A stretch of 64,000 nucleotides of DNA, from positions 65,094 to 129,093 of the forward strand of contig JBBABB010000001.1 of assembly GCA_041657885.1 (NCBI GenBank), given 5' to 3'. Within the stretch, counting starts at the first letter, position 1. Each line of letters starts with the position of its first letter. The position numbers and the translations under genes were made by a program. A model generated the notes under the pieces. That model worked only from the letters and a program-made list of their open reading frames with translations, did not search any database and was not told where the DNA came from. Source of the stretch: Minisyncoccota bacterium (GTDB lineage: Bacteria > Patescibacteriota > Minisyncoccia > Phycocordibacterales > UBA9973). Below, piece by piece: positions 10,329 to 19,952 of this stretch.

Positions 10329-10422
10329 ATAAGCAAGATTGCATAATTCAATTTTTATTCGCGCTTTACCCTAAAGGGCTCCGACGCGGCTCATAAAATT
10401 TGAATTATGCAACCTTGCTTAT
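10329..10422. repeat. Copy A of the conserved-core-in-hairpin element: 23-bp inverted-repeat arms (one mismatch) enclosing the core gcgctttaccctaaagggctccgacgcg (10,361-10,388)
   Basis: The core is identical to copy B (20,893-20,920) and near-identical to copy C (36,080-36,102). The arms ataagcaagattgcataattcaa / ttgaattatgcaaccttgcttat are specific to this copy. Confidence 0.6.
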
Positions 10423-10464
10423 TAATTTGTGTATTATATCATTTTTTTATATAATATATTTATT

Positions 10465-11772
10465 ATGCTAGATATTAAGTTTATACGGGAAAATAAAGAT
10501 ATAGTTAAAGAAGGAGCTAAGAAGAAACACATCGAAGTTGATATTGATGGGCTTATTTCTATTGATGAAAAAAGATTGGAATTACTCTCTCGCGTTGAAT
10601 TTTTACGTGGCGAACAAAATAAATGTAGTGTTTCCATGGGTGGAACATTGAGCAAAGAAGCTCGTGAGCAATTAATTCAAGAAATGAGTTTAGTTAAAGA
10701 AGAATTGAAAGAAAAGGAAGAAGAACTTCGTGAGGTTATGAAAACATGGCAATCACTTATGTTAAAAATACCCAACATTCCTTCTGTAGATACTCCAGAT
10801 GGCCTTGATGAAACAGGTAATCAAATAATACGTCAATGGGGGGGAAAACCAGAATTTTCTTTTACTCCCAAAGAACATTTTGAACTAGGAAAAGCGTTAG
10901 GGATTATTGATACAGAAACAGCAGGCGAGGTTGCTTCGTCACGGTTTTCTTATTTGAAAGGAGATTTAGTCCTTTTACATTTTGCTCTAATCCAAATGTG
11001 TTGGGAAATTTTAACAAACGAAGAAATATTAAAAAAAATAGCGGAGGAATCTAATATTTCTATAAATATTTCTAAATTCATACCTGTTTTACCTCCAGTT
11101 TTTATTAGACCGTTAGTACAAGTAAAAATGGCACGATATATGACACCTGAGGAACATTATATTTTCCCCAACGATGACCTTATGCTTATCGGAAGTGCCG
11201 AGCATACACTTGGATCTATGCACATGAATAAAATTTTTGAAGAAAGTGAATTACCAATTAGATATGCAGGATATTCAACTGCCTTTAGGAGAGAAGCTGG
11301 TGCAGCTGGAAAAGATACTAATGGAATTTTACGTCAACATCAGTTTGATAAATTAGAAATGGAAGTTTTTTCTTTACCTGAAAATTCTATGCAGGAACAA
11401 AATTTTCTTGTTGCTATTCAGGAATATATATTACAAACTTTAAAATTACCATATCAAATAGTAATAATTTGCACAGGGGATATGGGTTTTCCAGATACAA
11501 GACAAATTGATATTGAAACATGGATGCCTGGACAAAATAAATATAGAGAAACTCATAGTGCAGATTTGACAGGGGGTTTTCAGTCTCGTCGTTTGAATAC
11601 TCGGGTACGAAGAAAAGATGGGAAGATAGAACCCGTCCACATGAATGATGCTACTGTTATTGCTCTTGGACGTACTCTCATAGCCATTATGGAAAATTAT
11701 CAACAAGCTGACGGTACTATCAAAATCCCTGAAGTTTTACAGAAATATTTAGGAAAAGATATTATTTCATAA
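10465..11772 (+). CDS. serS: Seryl-tRNA synthetase
   Basis: N-terminal coiled-coil arm (MLDIKFIREN..), class II core motifs (FRREAG, GxGxGxxR-like region), and a C-terminal ADGT motif. Confidence 0.9.
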   Translation: MLDIKFIRENKDIVKEGAKKKHIEVDIDGLISIDEKRLELLSRVEFLRGEQNKCSVSMGGTLSKEAREQLIQEMSLVKEELKEKEEELREVMKTWQSLMLKIPNIPSVDTPDGLDETGNQIIRQWGGKPEFSFTPKEHFELGKALGIIDTETAGEVASSRFSYLKGDLVLLHFALIQMCWEILTNEEILKKIAEESNISINISKFIPVLPPVFIRPLVQVKMARYMTPEEHYIFPNDDLMLIGSAEHTLGSMHMNKIFEESELPIRYAGYSTAFRREAGAAGKDTNGILRQHQFDKLEMEVFSLPENSMQEQNFLVAIQEYILQTLKLPYQIVIICTGDMGFPDTRQIDIETWMPGQNKYRETHSADLTGGFQSRRLNTRVRRKDGKIEPVHMNDATVIALGRTLIAIMENYQQADGTIKIPEVLQKYLGKDIIS

Positions 11773-11779
11773 ATAAAAA

Positions 11780-12646
11780 ATGAAAGACATACCTACATCT
11801 CCGCGTATTATACAAATTAGGCGTAATCGTCGAGCGCGACGATTACGCCTGCTTATTCTTTTTTTTATACTTTTTGTTTCTATAACATGGGCTCTTGCTT
11901 TTTTTTCAGAAGATAGACACGTAATAATAGATAAAGTTGTAATAACGGGGACTCATATTATAGACCAAGACGAAGTAGAGAAAGAAGTTCGCGCAGATAT
12001 TTCTGGTAAATATGTTTATCTTTTTTCTAGGGCGAATAGTTTTATATACCCACGCAAACAAATTTATAATAATTTAATTTTAAATTTTCCAAGGATAGAG
12101 TCGCTTTCAGTTTCGCGTGAGGGATTAAAAACTTTGAAAATAAATATAAAGGAAAGAGTAGGCTCATTTTTGTATTGTGGAGTGATAATACCAGAAAATA
12201 AAGATGATGTTGGAGAAAATTGTTACTTCATAAATAATGATGGTTTTATTTTTGATAAAGCGCCATATTTCTCTGGAAATGTTTATTTTAAATATTATAT
12301 GGACCTTTCTGGTGGTGGCGAAAATCCATTGGGAAAGCAGATGACTAATGTTGAACGTTTCCACGCACTTGAAAGATTTATTGATGGGGTTACATCTTTA
12401 GGCTTTAAACCGATTTACCTAACTGTAGATCCAGATGGTACACATTCTTTGTATTTGAATCATGGGATAAATAATACTATACCTAAAATTATTTTTAAAA
12501 GTGATAATGATTTAGAGGTTATATTAGATAACCTAACTCTTTCTATGAGAAAAAAAGAATTTGCCGGTGAGATAAATTCAAAGTATAATACACTCCTATA
12601 TATAGACCTACGATTTAGTAACAAGGTCTTGTATAAGTTTCAGTAA
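11780..12646 (+). CDS. Cell division protein FtsQ/DivIB-like (single TM helix followed by a POTRA domain)
   Basis: Basic cytoplasmic N-terminus, one TM helix, then a POTRA-like segment (VIIDKVVITGTHIIDQDEVEKEV...). Confidence 0.55.
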   Translation: MKDIPTSPRIIQIRRNRRARRLRLLILFFILFVSITWALAFFSEDRHVIIDKVVITGTHIIDQDEVEKEVRADISGKYVYLFSRANSFIYPRKQIYNNLILNFPRIESLSVSREGLKTLKINIKERVGSFLYCGVIIPENKDDVGENCYFINNDGFIFDKAPYFSGNVYFKYYMDLSGGGENPLGKQMTNVERFHALERFIDGVTSLGFKPIYLTVDPDGTHSLYLNHGINNTIPKIIFKSDNDLEVILDNLTLSMRKKEFAGEINSKYNTLLYIDLRFSNKVLYKFQ

Positions 12647-12788
12647 AAGGAATCTTTTAAAAATCATAAAATAGCTCTTCTCGAAATGCACGGATATTTT
12701 TCTGCTGAAAAATTCCTCGTGCTCGCGCCGTCGCGCTCCCAAGTCATTTCTCAAAGACTATTTTATTAATTTTAAAAGATTAGATATT

Positions 12789-13751
12789 ATGAAAAATTTC
12801 TGGGAAAAGTTACCGAAACCGTTTTTTTGTTTAGCGCCGATGGCCGATGTCACCGATGCGGCTTTTCGTAGTATTATTTGTAAATATGGAAAACCTGATG
12901 TTTTGTGGACAGAATTCATTTCTGCCGATGGGCTTATAAGTGCTGGTAGAGAAATTCTAAAAAATAATTTAATTTATTCAAAAAAAGAAAAGCCAATTGT
13001 CGCTCAACTTTTTTCTTCTAATCCAGTGAAGATGCGTCAAGCTGTAAAGTATGTCGCCTCACTTGGTTTTGATGGTATTGATATCAATATGGGATGCCCA
13101 GATAAATCTATTGAGAGACAAGGTGCAGGAGCGGCGATGATGAAAGATATGAAAAAAGCAAGAGAAATAATTCAGGCAGTCAAAGATGGAATAAAGGACT
13201 CTAAAAAGAATGTTTCAATATCAGTTAAAACTCGTGTCGGTTACAACAAAAGCCAGCTGGAAGAATGGATTCCTTTTTTGTTGTCACAGAATATTGATGC
13301 TCTCACTATTCATGCTCGTACCAGAAAGGAAATGTCAAAAGCTCCTGCAAACTGGGATTATGTAAAAAGGGTAGTGGAGATTAGAAATCAAATGATGGTC
13401 AAAACTAAAATAATTGGTAATGGTGATGTGAGAGATATAAAAGATGGTATAAAAAAAGCAAAAGAAACAGGTTGTGATGGTATTATGCTCGGCCGAGCAA
13501 TTTTTGGGAATCCATGGCTATTCTCTGGAAAAATTCCAACGACCAAAGAAAAATTAAAAGTTATGGTTGAACACACAAAACTATTTGAGAAAATTCTCGG
13601 CAAACATAAGAATTTTGCTGTGATGAAAAAACATTTCAAGGCATATGTAAATGGTTTTGACGGAGCTAAAGAATTACGAGTAGAATTGATGGAAACAAAA
13701 ACCACCAAAGAGGTAGAAAATGTAGTTAATGATTTTATCAAAAATCATTAA
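12789..13751 (+). CDS. tRNA-dihydrouridine synthase (Dus family)
   Basis: Dus signature (FCLAPMADVTDAAFR) with the FMN-binding TIM-barrel pattern and a catalytic Cys (INMGCP). Confidence 0.85.
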   Translation: MKNFWEKLPKPFFCLAPMADVTDAAFRSIICKYGKPDVLWTEFISADGLISAGREILKNNLIYSKKEKPIVAQLFSSNPVKMRQAVKYVASLGFDGIDINMGCPDKSIERQGAGAAMMKDMKKAREIIQAVKDGIKDSKKNVSISVKTRVGYNKSQLEEWIPFLLSQNIDALTIHARTRKEMSKAPANWDYVKRVVEIRNQMMVKTKIIGNGDVRDIKDGIKKAKETGCDGIMLGRAIFGNPWLFSGKIPTTKEKLKVMVEHTKLFEKILGKHKNFAVMKKHFKAYVNGFDGAKELRVELMETKTTKEVENVVNDFIKNH

Positions 13752-13768
13752 TTTGGTATAATGTCCAC

Positions 13769-14845
13769 ATGAAAGATTCCAATATTGCACTATATAGGAA
13801 ATATCGCCCAGAGAGCTTTGATGAGGTTATTGGCCAAGACCACATTGTAAAGGCCATTTCAGGCAGTTTAAAGGCAGGTCGTGTGGCTCATGCCTATCTT
13901 TTTTGTGGTCCTCGTGGTATAGGAAAGACAAGTGTTGCTCGCATAATAGCAAAAGAACTAGGTACATCTGTTAATGATATTTATGAAATGGATGCAGCTA
14001 GTAATCGTGGAATAGATGATATAAGAGATATCAATGAAAATGTTCGTACTCTACCTTTTGATTCAAAATACAAAATTTACATTTTAGATGAAGTACATAT
14101 GTTTACAAAGGAAGCCTGGAATGCACTTTTAAAAACTATTGAAGAACCACCAGAGCATGTGATTTTTATTCTCGCCACAACCGAGCTGGAAAAGGTGCCT
14201 GAAACAATAATTTCTCGTTGCCAAAGTTTCGTTTTTAAGAAACCCAATGATGCAATTTTATCACAACACATTAAAAATATTGCAAAGAAAGAAGAATACA
14301 AACTTGAAGACGGTGGAGCCGAACTCATCGCGCTCCTTGCTGATGGTGCATTTCGTGACGCGCTTGGAACTTTGCAGAAAGTTATTTCTTTTTCAAAAGA
14401 TAAAATAATAAATATAACTGAAATTGAAGAAATTACAGGCGCTCCGAATACTACATTGGTAGATAGTTTCCTAGATGCACTTGCTACAAATGATATTGAT
14501 AAAGGATTTGCGTCTATTGAAAAAGCCGTCAATCAAAACATTGATATGGGAGTTTATATTAAAATGATTCTTTACAAACTTCGTTATGCCCTTATGCTTC
14601 GCTATGTACCAAATACAAAAAAATCTATTGAGGCAACAGTTAGTGAACGCGATTTAGAGTATCTCACAAAACTTGTATCAACAAAACCTGAACATATCTC
14701 GTCTGCAACTCTTTCAATCCTGCTCGAAACATATCAATCCCTTCGCACGGCCGTGATAAGTGAATTACCACTTGAGCTTGCACTAATCAAAATCCTTAAT
14801 GCTGAAAAACCAAATAAAAAAACAGAAGAATCCACCCACACATAA
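13769..14845 (+). CDS. dnaX: DNA polymerase III subunit gamma/tau, short form
   Basis: YRKYRP..F..VIGQ motif, Walker A (GPRGIGKTS), DEVHM box, and Zn-module cysteines (SRCQ). Confidence 0.9.
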   Translation: MKDSNIALYRKYRPESFDEVIGQDHIVKAISGSLKAGRVAHAYLFCGPRGIGKTSVARIIAKELGTSVNDIYEMDAASNRGIDDIRDINENVRTLPFDSKYKIYILDEVHMFTKEAWNALLKTIEEPPEHVIFILATTELEKVPETIISRCQSFVFKKPNDAILSQHIKNIAKKEEYKLEDGGAELIALLADGAFRDALGTLQKVISFSKDKIINITEIEEITGAPNTTLVDSFLDALATNDIDKGFASIEKAVNQNIDMGVYIKMILYKLRYALMLRYVPNTKKSIEATVSERDLEYLTKLVSTKPEHISSATLSILLETYQSLRTAVISELPLELALIKILNAEKPNKKTEESTHT

Positions 14846-14849
14846 AGTT

Positions 14850-16100
14850 ATGGTGAGACAAAGTAAAATTTGGGATGTAATCATCATAGGTGGCGGTGCC
14901 TCTGGTCTTATGGCAGGAGCTGTGGCTTCGGCGCGTGGTAAATCGTGCCTTGTGATAGATAAAAATAAAACTCCAGGGGAGAAATTAAAAATCACCGGTG
15001 GCGGTAGATGCAATATTACCAACAATGAACCTGATATTCACAAATTACTAAAAGTTTATGGCGAAGGAGCCCCGTATTTATATTCACCATTTTCTATTTT
15101 TGGAGTTAAAGATACGTTCAATTATTTTGAGTCGCGCGGTTTGCCACTTGTTGTCCAGGCGCGTAATCGTGTTTTCCCAGTAACAGAAAAAGCTTCTGAT
15201 GTTTTTAGGGTTTTAGAAAAAGAATTAGAGAAAAATAATGTTTCTGTAAAAAGTAATTGCACCGTTAAGAAAATAAATGTGTGTGATAATTTAATAGAAA
15301 GTGTAGGGACAAACAATGGGCTTTTATATGCGAAATCATTTATTCTTGCGACTGGTGGGATGTCACATCCTGAGACTGGCTCAACGGGAGATGGATTAAA
15401 ATGGCTTAAAGATATAGGGCATACTGTGAAAGATTCAAGTCCAGATATTGTGCCATTAGCTGTGAGTGATAAATGGGTAAAGAGTTTGGCTGGTGTGTCA
15501 TTATCTTTTATGAAAATAACTTTCTTTCTTGAGGGTAAAAAGCAATTTTCTAAACTTGGCAAAATATTATTTACACATTTTGGTCTTTCTGGTCCTCTTA
15601 TTTTAAATAGTTCTAAAAAGGTAGATGATTTATTACAACAGGAAGGTAGGGTTACTGCTCATATTGATGCATACCCAGATACAAATGAAGGTAAGCTTGA
15701 AGAATTTATCATTAAAGTTTTTGATGCTAATAAAAATAAAATATGGAGAACTGTTTTGAAAGATATTGTTCCAGAAGGAATAACAAAGGCTATTGAATTA
15801 ATAGAGACAGGGTTAGATTTTAATACTAAAGTTCACAGTATCAGTAAAGAAGATAGGAAAAAGTTTGTAAAATTATTAAAGAATCTTCCAGTAGAAATTA
15901 CAAATCTTATGGGTTACGATAGGTCTATAGTAGCAGATGGTGGAGTATCATTAAAAGAATTAGACATGAAAAATATGTCTTCAAAATTATACAAGAATTT
16001 ATTTATTACAGGAGATTTACTAAATATAAGTAGAAACTCCGGAGGTTATTCTCTCCAGATTTGTTGGACGACGGGTTATGTGGCGGGAATTTCAGTTTAA
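14850..16100 (+). CDS. HI0933-family FAD-dependent flavoprotein (aminoacetone oxidase-like)
   Basis: GxGxxG FAD fold (DVIIIGGGASGLMAG) and the ITGGGRCN motif typical of the HI0933 family. The start was moved to the ATG at 14,850, just after the dnaX stop. Confidence 0.75.
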   Translation: MVRQSKIWDVIIIGGGASGLMAGAVASARGKSCLVIDKNKTPGEKLKITGGGRCNITNNEPDIHKLLKVYGEGAPYLYSPFSIFGVKDTFNYFESRGLPLVVQARNRVFPVTEKASDVFRVLEKELEKNNVSVKSNCTVKKINVCDNLIESVGTNNGLLYAKSFILATGGMSHPETGSTGDGLKWLKDIGHTVKDSSPDIVPLAVSDKWVKSLAGVSLSFMKITFFLEGKKQFSKLGKILFTHFGLSGPLILNSSKKVDDLLQQEGRVTAHIDAYPDTNEGKLEEFIIKVFDANKNKIWRTVLKDIVPEGITKAIELIETGLDFNTKVHSISKEDRKKFVKLLKNLPVEITNLMGYDRSIVADGGVSLKELDMKNMSSKLYKNLFITGDLLNISRNSGGYSLQICWTTGYVAGISV

Positions 16101-17113
16101 TTCTGTATCTCTTTTTTATAAATAGAAACTAAACTATATAGTAAACTCAAAACGAGTGGGCCAATAAGGATTCCTAAGGGACCTATCAATGATACCGCGC
16201 CTAAGATTGCAAAAAGAATAAATAGAGAAGGAATCTCAGTATCTTTTGAAATAATGTATGGACTTAATATGTTATCTATTGTTCCAACAATAATAATTGA
16301 CCAAATAAGAAGTCCAAGAGCTTGTAATTGCATTCCTGTGAAGAATAAGAACAATATTGCTGGCACTGTAACTACAGAGGTTCCAATTGTCGGAATAAAT
16401 GATGCGATAGCTGCGACTATTGCCCAAATAATAGCGTTCGGGACACCGAAAACTGTAAATCCAATCCAAGCTAGAATCCCTTGAGCGATCGCGATAATAA
16501 ATGACCCCTTAAATATTCGATTAATTGATTTTTTAAGATTTGTAAGAATTTCGCTTGTATTATTATCTCTAAGTGGGAGAATTTTCATAAAACCCTTTTC
16601 CCATTTTTCGCCATCTTTTAATAAATAGAAGAGAGTAAATATCATCAAGACGAACATCACGATAGAGTTGATAGTTGATGAGAAAAATTTAGTCAAGTTG
16701 TTTGATAGGGAAGAAACTAACTGTGTTATTTTTGAATGAATATCAAAACTAAAACCTTCTGGTAGTAGTTTATTAATAGAAGAATTAATTGATTCTATGA
16801 AGTGACTAGAATTTCCTGAACTAATTACGTTGAGGTATAAGTCTTGTGTTTGATTAAAAACCGCTTTACCGATGAAAAATAAGGGAACACATAAAAACAC
16901 AAGAAATATTATTACAGTTAATAAAGATGCGAGCCATGCGATATTTTTGACTAAGTGTTTTTTGATCCACAAATAAATTGGATTAAGTACTACAGCAAAA
17001 GCTGTTGCTAGCACAAGCATAGCAAGAAAAGGATAAAAAATTAAAAGGGTAATTACTACTGTTATTAATAATAATACAAACAAAAAATATTTTTCTGTTG
17101 AAGTTATTTGCAT
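16097..17113 (-). CDS. AI-2E family transporter (PerM/UPF0118) membrane protein
   Basis: Eight predicted TM helices and a conserved C-terminal core (IAQGILAWIGFTVFGVPNAIIWA...IPTIG). Confidence 0.7.
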   Translation of the reverse strand: MQITSTEKYFLFVLLLITVVITLLIFYPFLAMLVLATAFAVVLNPIYLWIKKHLVKNIAWLASLLTVIIFLVFLCVPLFFIGKAVFNQTQDLYLNVISSGNSSHFIESINSSINKLLPEGFSFDIHSKITQLVSSLSNNLTKFFSSTINSIVMFVLMIFTLFYLLKDGEKWEKGFMKILPLRDNNTSEILTNLKKSINRIFKGSFIIAIAQGILAWIGFTVFGVPNAIIWAIVAAIASFIPTIGTSVVTVPAILFLFFTGMQLQALGLLIWSIIIVGTIDNILSPYIISKDTEIPSLFILFAILGAVSLIGPLGILIGPLVLSLLYSLVSIYKKEIQN

Positions 17114-17189
17114 GGGTATATTATAACATAATATATAGATAGTTGAAAAATAGTTGTTTTTAGGGTATTCTTATAAATGTTTAAATATT

Positions 17190-17260
17190 TGGGGGATCGT
17201 CTAACGGTAGGACGTCTGCCTTTGAAGCAGAAAATTTAGGTCCGATTCCTAGTCCCCCAG
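17190..17260 (+). tRNA. tRNA-Gln (anticodon TTG)
   Basis: Hand-folded cloverleaf. U1-A72 acceptor (TGGGGGA/TCCCCCA), anticodon loop CTTTGAA, discriminator G. It resembles the E. coli tRNA-Gln architecture. Confidence 0.85.
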
Positions 17261-17279
17261 CAATTTTTTATTCAGCATT

Positions 17280-18326
17280 TTAATTTTCTTCTTGGGGTTT
17301 CTCTATAGAAAGAGTTTCAATCTCTATTGTCTCTCCGGTAATTCGCATGACGTCTTTATCTATTTTTCTGAATTCGTGATTTGATTTATTAAAATGATTT
17401 ACTGTTGTTTCAATAGATTTGCCAAGTTTTTGGTGAACTTCTTCGTAACTTCGTAAATGTGTTCCCAGCTCTCCAACTCTTTTAATAATATCTTTTGCCC
17501 CTTCTTCTATTTGCATGGCTTTGAGGCCCTGAAGCACTGTTTGCAGATATGCAAGGAATGAAGTAGGGGATACTATTATAACTTTATATTTACTAGCAGC
17601 TCTTTGAATCAAGTTATCTGTCTCTTCACTACTTCCACCAATTTTATTTACCAACAAATCATAATAGATTGCTTCGTGAGGGATGAACATAAAAGCGAAA
17701 TCCATGGTGTTTTCTTTTGGTTGGATATATTTAGATGTTTCAACTATTCTATTCTTTAAATCACCCACAAAAAGTTTCTCAAGGCGGTCCTTTTCTCCCT
17801 TATCATTTGTCTCTGAAATACGATTGTAATTTTCAAGTGAGAACTTTGAATCAATAGGAATAATTTTATCTTTAACAAAAACCACCGCATCAACTATAGT
17901 CCCATCAGGAAATGGATACTGCATTTGATAACTTCCCGGGGGCATAACATTTTTGAGTAATGTCTCAAGGTAATATTCTCCCAAAACTCCTCGTTGCTTT
18001 GGGTTCTTCAATATGTCTTGCAAGTTTTTAAGCTGGTCAGCAAAGGAAACAACTTGTTTATTTGTCTCATCTAGACGGGTAATTTTCTCAGTAATATCAG
18101 CGATAATTCGCGATGTTTCTGTTGATTGGTATCGCATGGATTGGCTTATTTCTTTTTGGGATTCACCAAGCTTGTTGTCTATAGTGCGAGATAATTCATT
18201 TATTTGAGTCAAAAGAAGTTGTACCCCATTATCACTCTTCTCAACTGGTCCCTTTTTCAGAAAGAAAAATAACCCTATGACAAGGACAATGAGAACTCCC
18301 AGAAAAATAATGATAAGTAAATTCAT
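17280..18326 (-). CDS. rmuC: DNA recombination protein RmuC
   Basis: N-terminal TM helix, coiled coil, and RmuC core (DAVVFVKDKIIPIDSKF..FAFMFIPHEAIYYDL). Confidence 0.75.
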   Translation of the reverse strand: MNLLIIIFLGVLIVLVIGLFFFLKKGPVEKSDNGVQLLLTQINELSRTIDNKLGESQKEISQSMRYQSTETSRIIADITEKITRLDETNKQVVSFADQLKNLQDILKNPKQRGVLGEYYLETLLKNVMPPGSYQMQYPFPDGTIVDAVVFVKDKIIPIDSKFSLENYNRISETNDKGEKDRLEKLFVGDLKNRIVETSKYIQPKENTMDFAFMFIPHEAIYYDLLVNKIGGSSEETDNLIQRAASKYKVIIVSPTSFLAYLQTVLQGLKAMQIEEGAKDIIKRVGELGTHLRSYEEVHQKLGKSIETTVNHFNKSNHEFRKIDKDVMRITGETIEIETLSIEKPQEEN

Positions 18327-18346
18327 ATTCTTATTCTATCATATTT

Positions 18347-19108
18347 TTATTGTAATTTCCCTAGGTGATATTTAAGTGTATAAATCCAATCTTCTTCGGC
18401 TTCAGCGTTATTTTGTTCTTTTTGAGTAAGCATCCAATCTAGGTATCCTCGGTCTATGTTTGAAACTTCTTCCACCGTCTTTCCGTTATATTTTCCAAAA
18501 TTAAACATATTCATAAGTGAAGGACGGGATGATATATCTATCATTTTCTCAATAGCTTTTTCTTCACTCACGCTTTCCTCCTTCATTATCTTATCAAGTA
18601 ATCGCTCATACAATTTCTCAAGAACCAATACATCGCCAAGGGCATCGTGTGCTTCTGCCTCAATCTCAATATCTAAATAGTATCGCAAATATTGAAGGCG
18701 GTATTGCGGAATAACATTGTTTTTATCAAGAGCACGTGCGACACGAAGTGTGCAAATAGTATTTGCTGGAATAATTCCTTCATTTTTTATTATTTCAGAA
18801 TCAAACTTATTGTTATGAGCCACCATGATAGAGTCAGGAGATTCAAGTAAAATTTTTATTTTTCCATACTCACCACTTTCTTTAAAAGCTTTTTTATCTA
18901 TTACCATTTTATTAGTAATATGATGAACAGCTGAAGCCTCAGGGGGGATAGGAATTGGTGGTTTATAAAGTTCACAAAAAGTCTCTTCCTTCGGCTCGCC
19001 AGAGCCTTGTGTGGAGGCGGCTTTGGTCTTATAAGCCAACTGGCAGAGGAAATCCTTTTTGGGTTCATTGCCCGTTGTTTCAGTATCAAAAAATATAATT
19101 TTTTTCAT
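18347..19108 (-). CDS. DEDDh 3'-5' exonuclease (DnaQ-like) with a C-terminal Exo-X-C/Qsr-like domain
   Basis: Exo I (FFDTETTG), Exo II (VAHNNKFD) and Exo III (HDALGD) motifs. Confidence 0.75.
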   Translation of the reverse strand: MKKIIFFDTETTGNEPKKDFLCQLAYKTKAASTQGSGEPKEETFCELYKPPIPIPPEASAVHHITNKMVIDKKAFKESGEYGKIKILLESPDSIMVAHNNKFDSEIIKNEGIIPANTICTLRVARALDKNNVIPQYRLQYLRYYLDIEIEAEAHDALGDVLVLEKLYERLLDKIMKEESVSEEKAIEKMIDISSRPSLMNMFNFGKYNGKTVEEVSNIDRGYLDWMLTQKEQNNAEAEEDWIYTLKYHLGKLQ

Positions 19109-19144
19109 AATTGTATTTTAACATAAATTTGATATAATAATAGT

Positions 19145-19597
19145 ATGTTACACGAACAAATTAAGAATAGTATAAAAGATTGTATGAAATCAGGGGACAA
19201 GGTTCGCCTTGAGGTTATGAGGGGATTAGTCACAGCTTTTACCAATGAACTTGTAGCAACCAATAGAACTCCACAAGATATGCTTACTGATGAAGAAGCT
19301 ATTAAAGTTATAACACGAGCTTCCAAACAACATAAGGATTCAATAGAGCAATTTACAAAGGGTGGACGTATGGATTTGGTAGATATAGAGACAGACCAAC
19401 TTCATATTTTAGAAGAATTTTTACCAAAATTGATGGAAATAGGTGAGATAGAAGAATTTGTAAAAAATAAGATTGATGAGCTAACTATTAAGGATTTAAC
19501 TAAAAAGGGTATGTTTATGTCTTCTATTATGAAAGAACTTAAGGGCAAGGCTGATGGTTCACAGGTTAAAGAGGTCGTTGATAAATTATTTGTTTAA
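19145..19597 (+). CDS. GatB/YqeY domain protein
   Basis: Collinear with the YqeY family over the full 150 aa. Confidence 0.8.
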   Translation: MLHEQIKNSIKDCMKSGDKVRLEVMRGLVTAFTNELVATNRTPQDMLTDEEAIKVITRASKQHKDSIEQFTKGGRMDLVDIETDQLHILEEFLPKLMEIGEIEEFVKNKIDELTIKDLTKKGMFMSSIMKELKGKADGSQVKEVVDKLFV

Positions 19598-19607
19598 TTT
19601 TTAAATT

Positions 19608-19952
19608 ATGAAATTAATTTTACATTGGATTATTCTTTCTATCGCAGTTTTTGCAACTTCTAAAATTATTGAGGGAATCGCAATAGACCCTATCTGGGTT
19701 ACTCTTATCGTCGGGGCATGTCTCACACTTTTCAATATGTTTGTAAAGCCGATTATTAAAATTCTAACTTTACCAATAAACTTGATAACCTTAGGACTTT
19801 TTTCTCTCGTTATAAATGGGGCAGTATTTTGGTATATGGGAACTTTCATTCAAGGCTTTTCCGTTTCCACTTTCTACGCTGCTTTTATAGGGGCATTACT
19901 TGTCTCAATAATCAACTGGATATTAAGTAAAGTATTCCATTTTGATAATTAA
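19608..19952 (+). CDS. Phage-holin-4-2 (DUF360) family small membrane protein
   Basis: 114 aa with three to four TM helices and the DUF360-like pattern. Confidence 0.55.
   Translation: MKLILHWIILSIAVFATSKIIEGIAIDPIWVTLIVGACLTLFNMFVKPIIKILTLPINLITLGLFSLVINGAVFWYMGTFIQGFSVSTFYAAFIGALLVSIINWILSKVFHFDN

Noticed and set aside
12700-12750. GC-rich patch (ctcgtgctcgcgccgtcgcgctccc) between the ftsQ-like gene and dus, considered as a fourth copy of the conserved core repeat
   Set aside because: No convincing alignment to the 28-nt core exists and there are no flanking perfect inverted arms.
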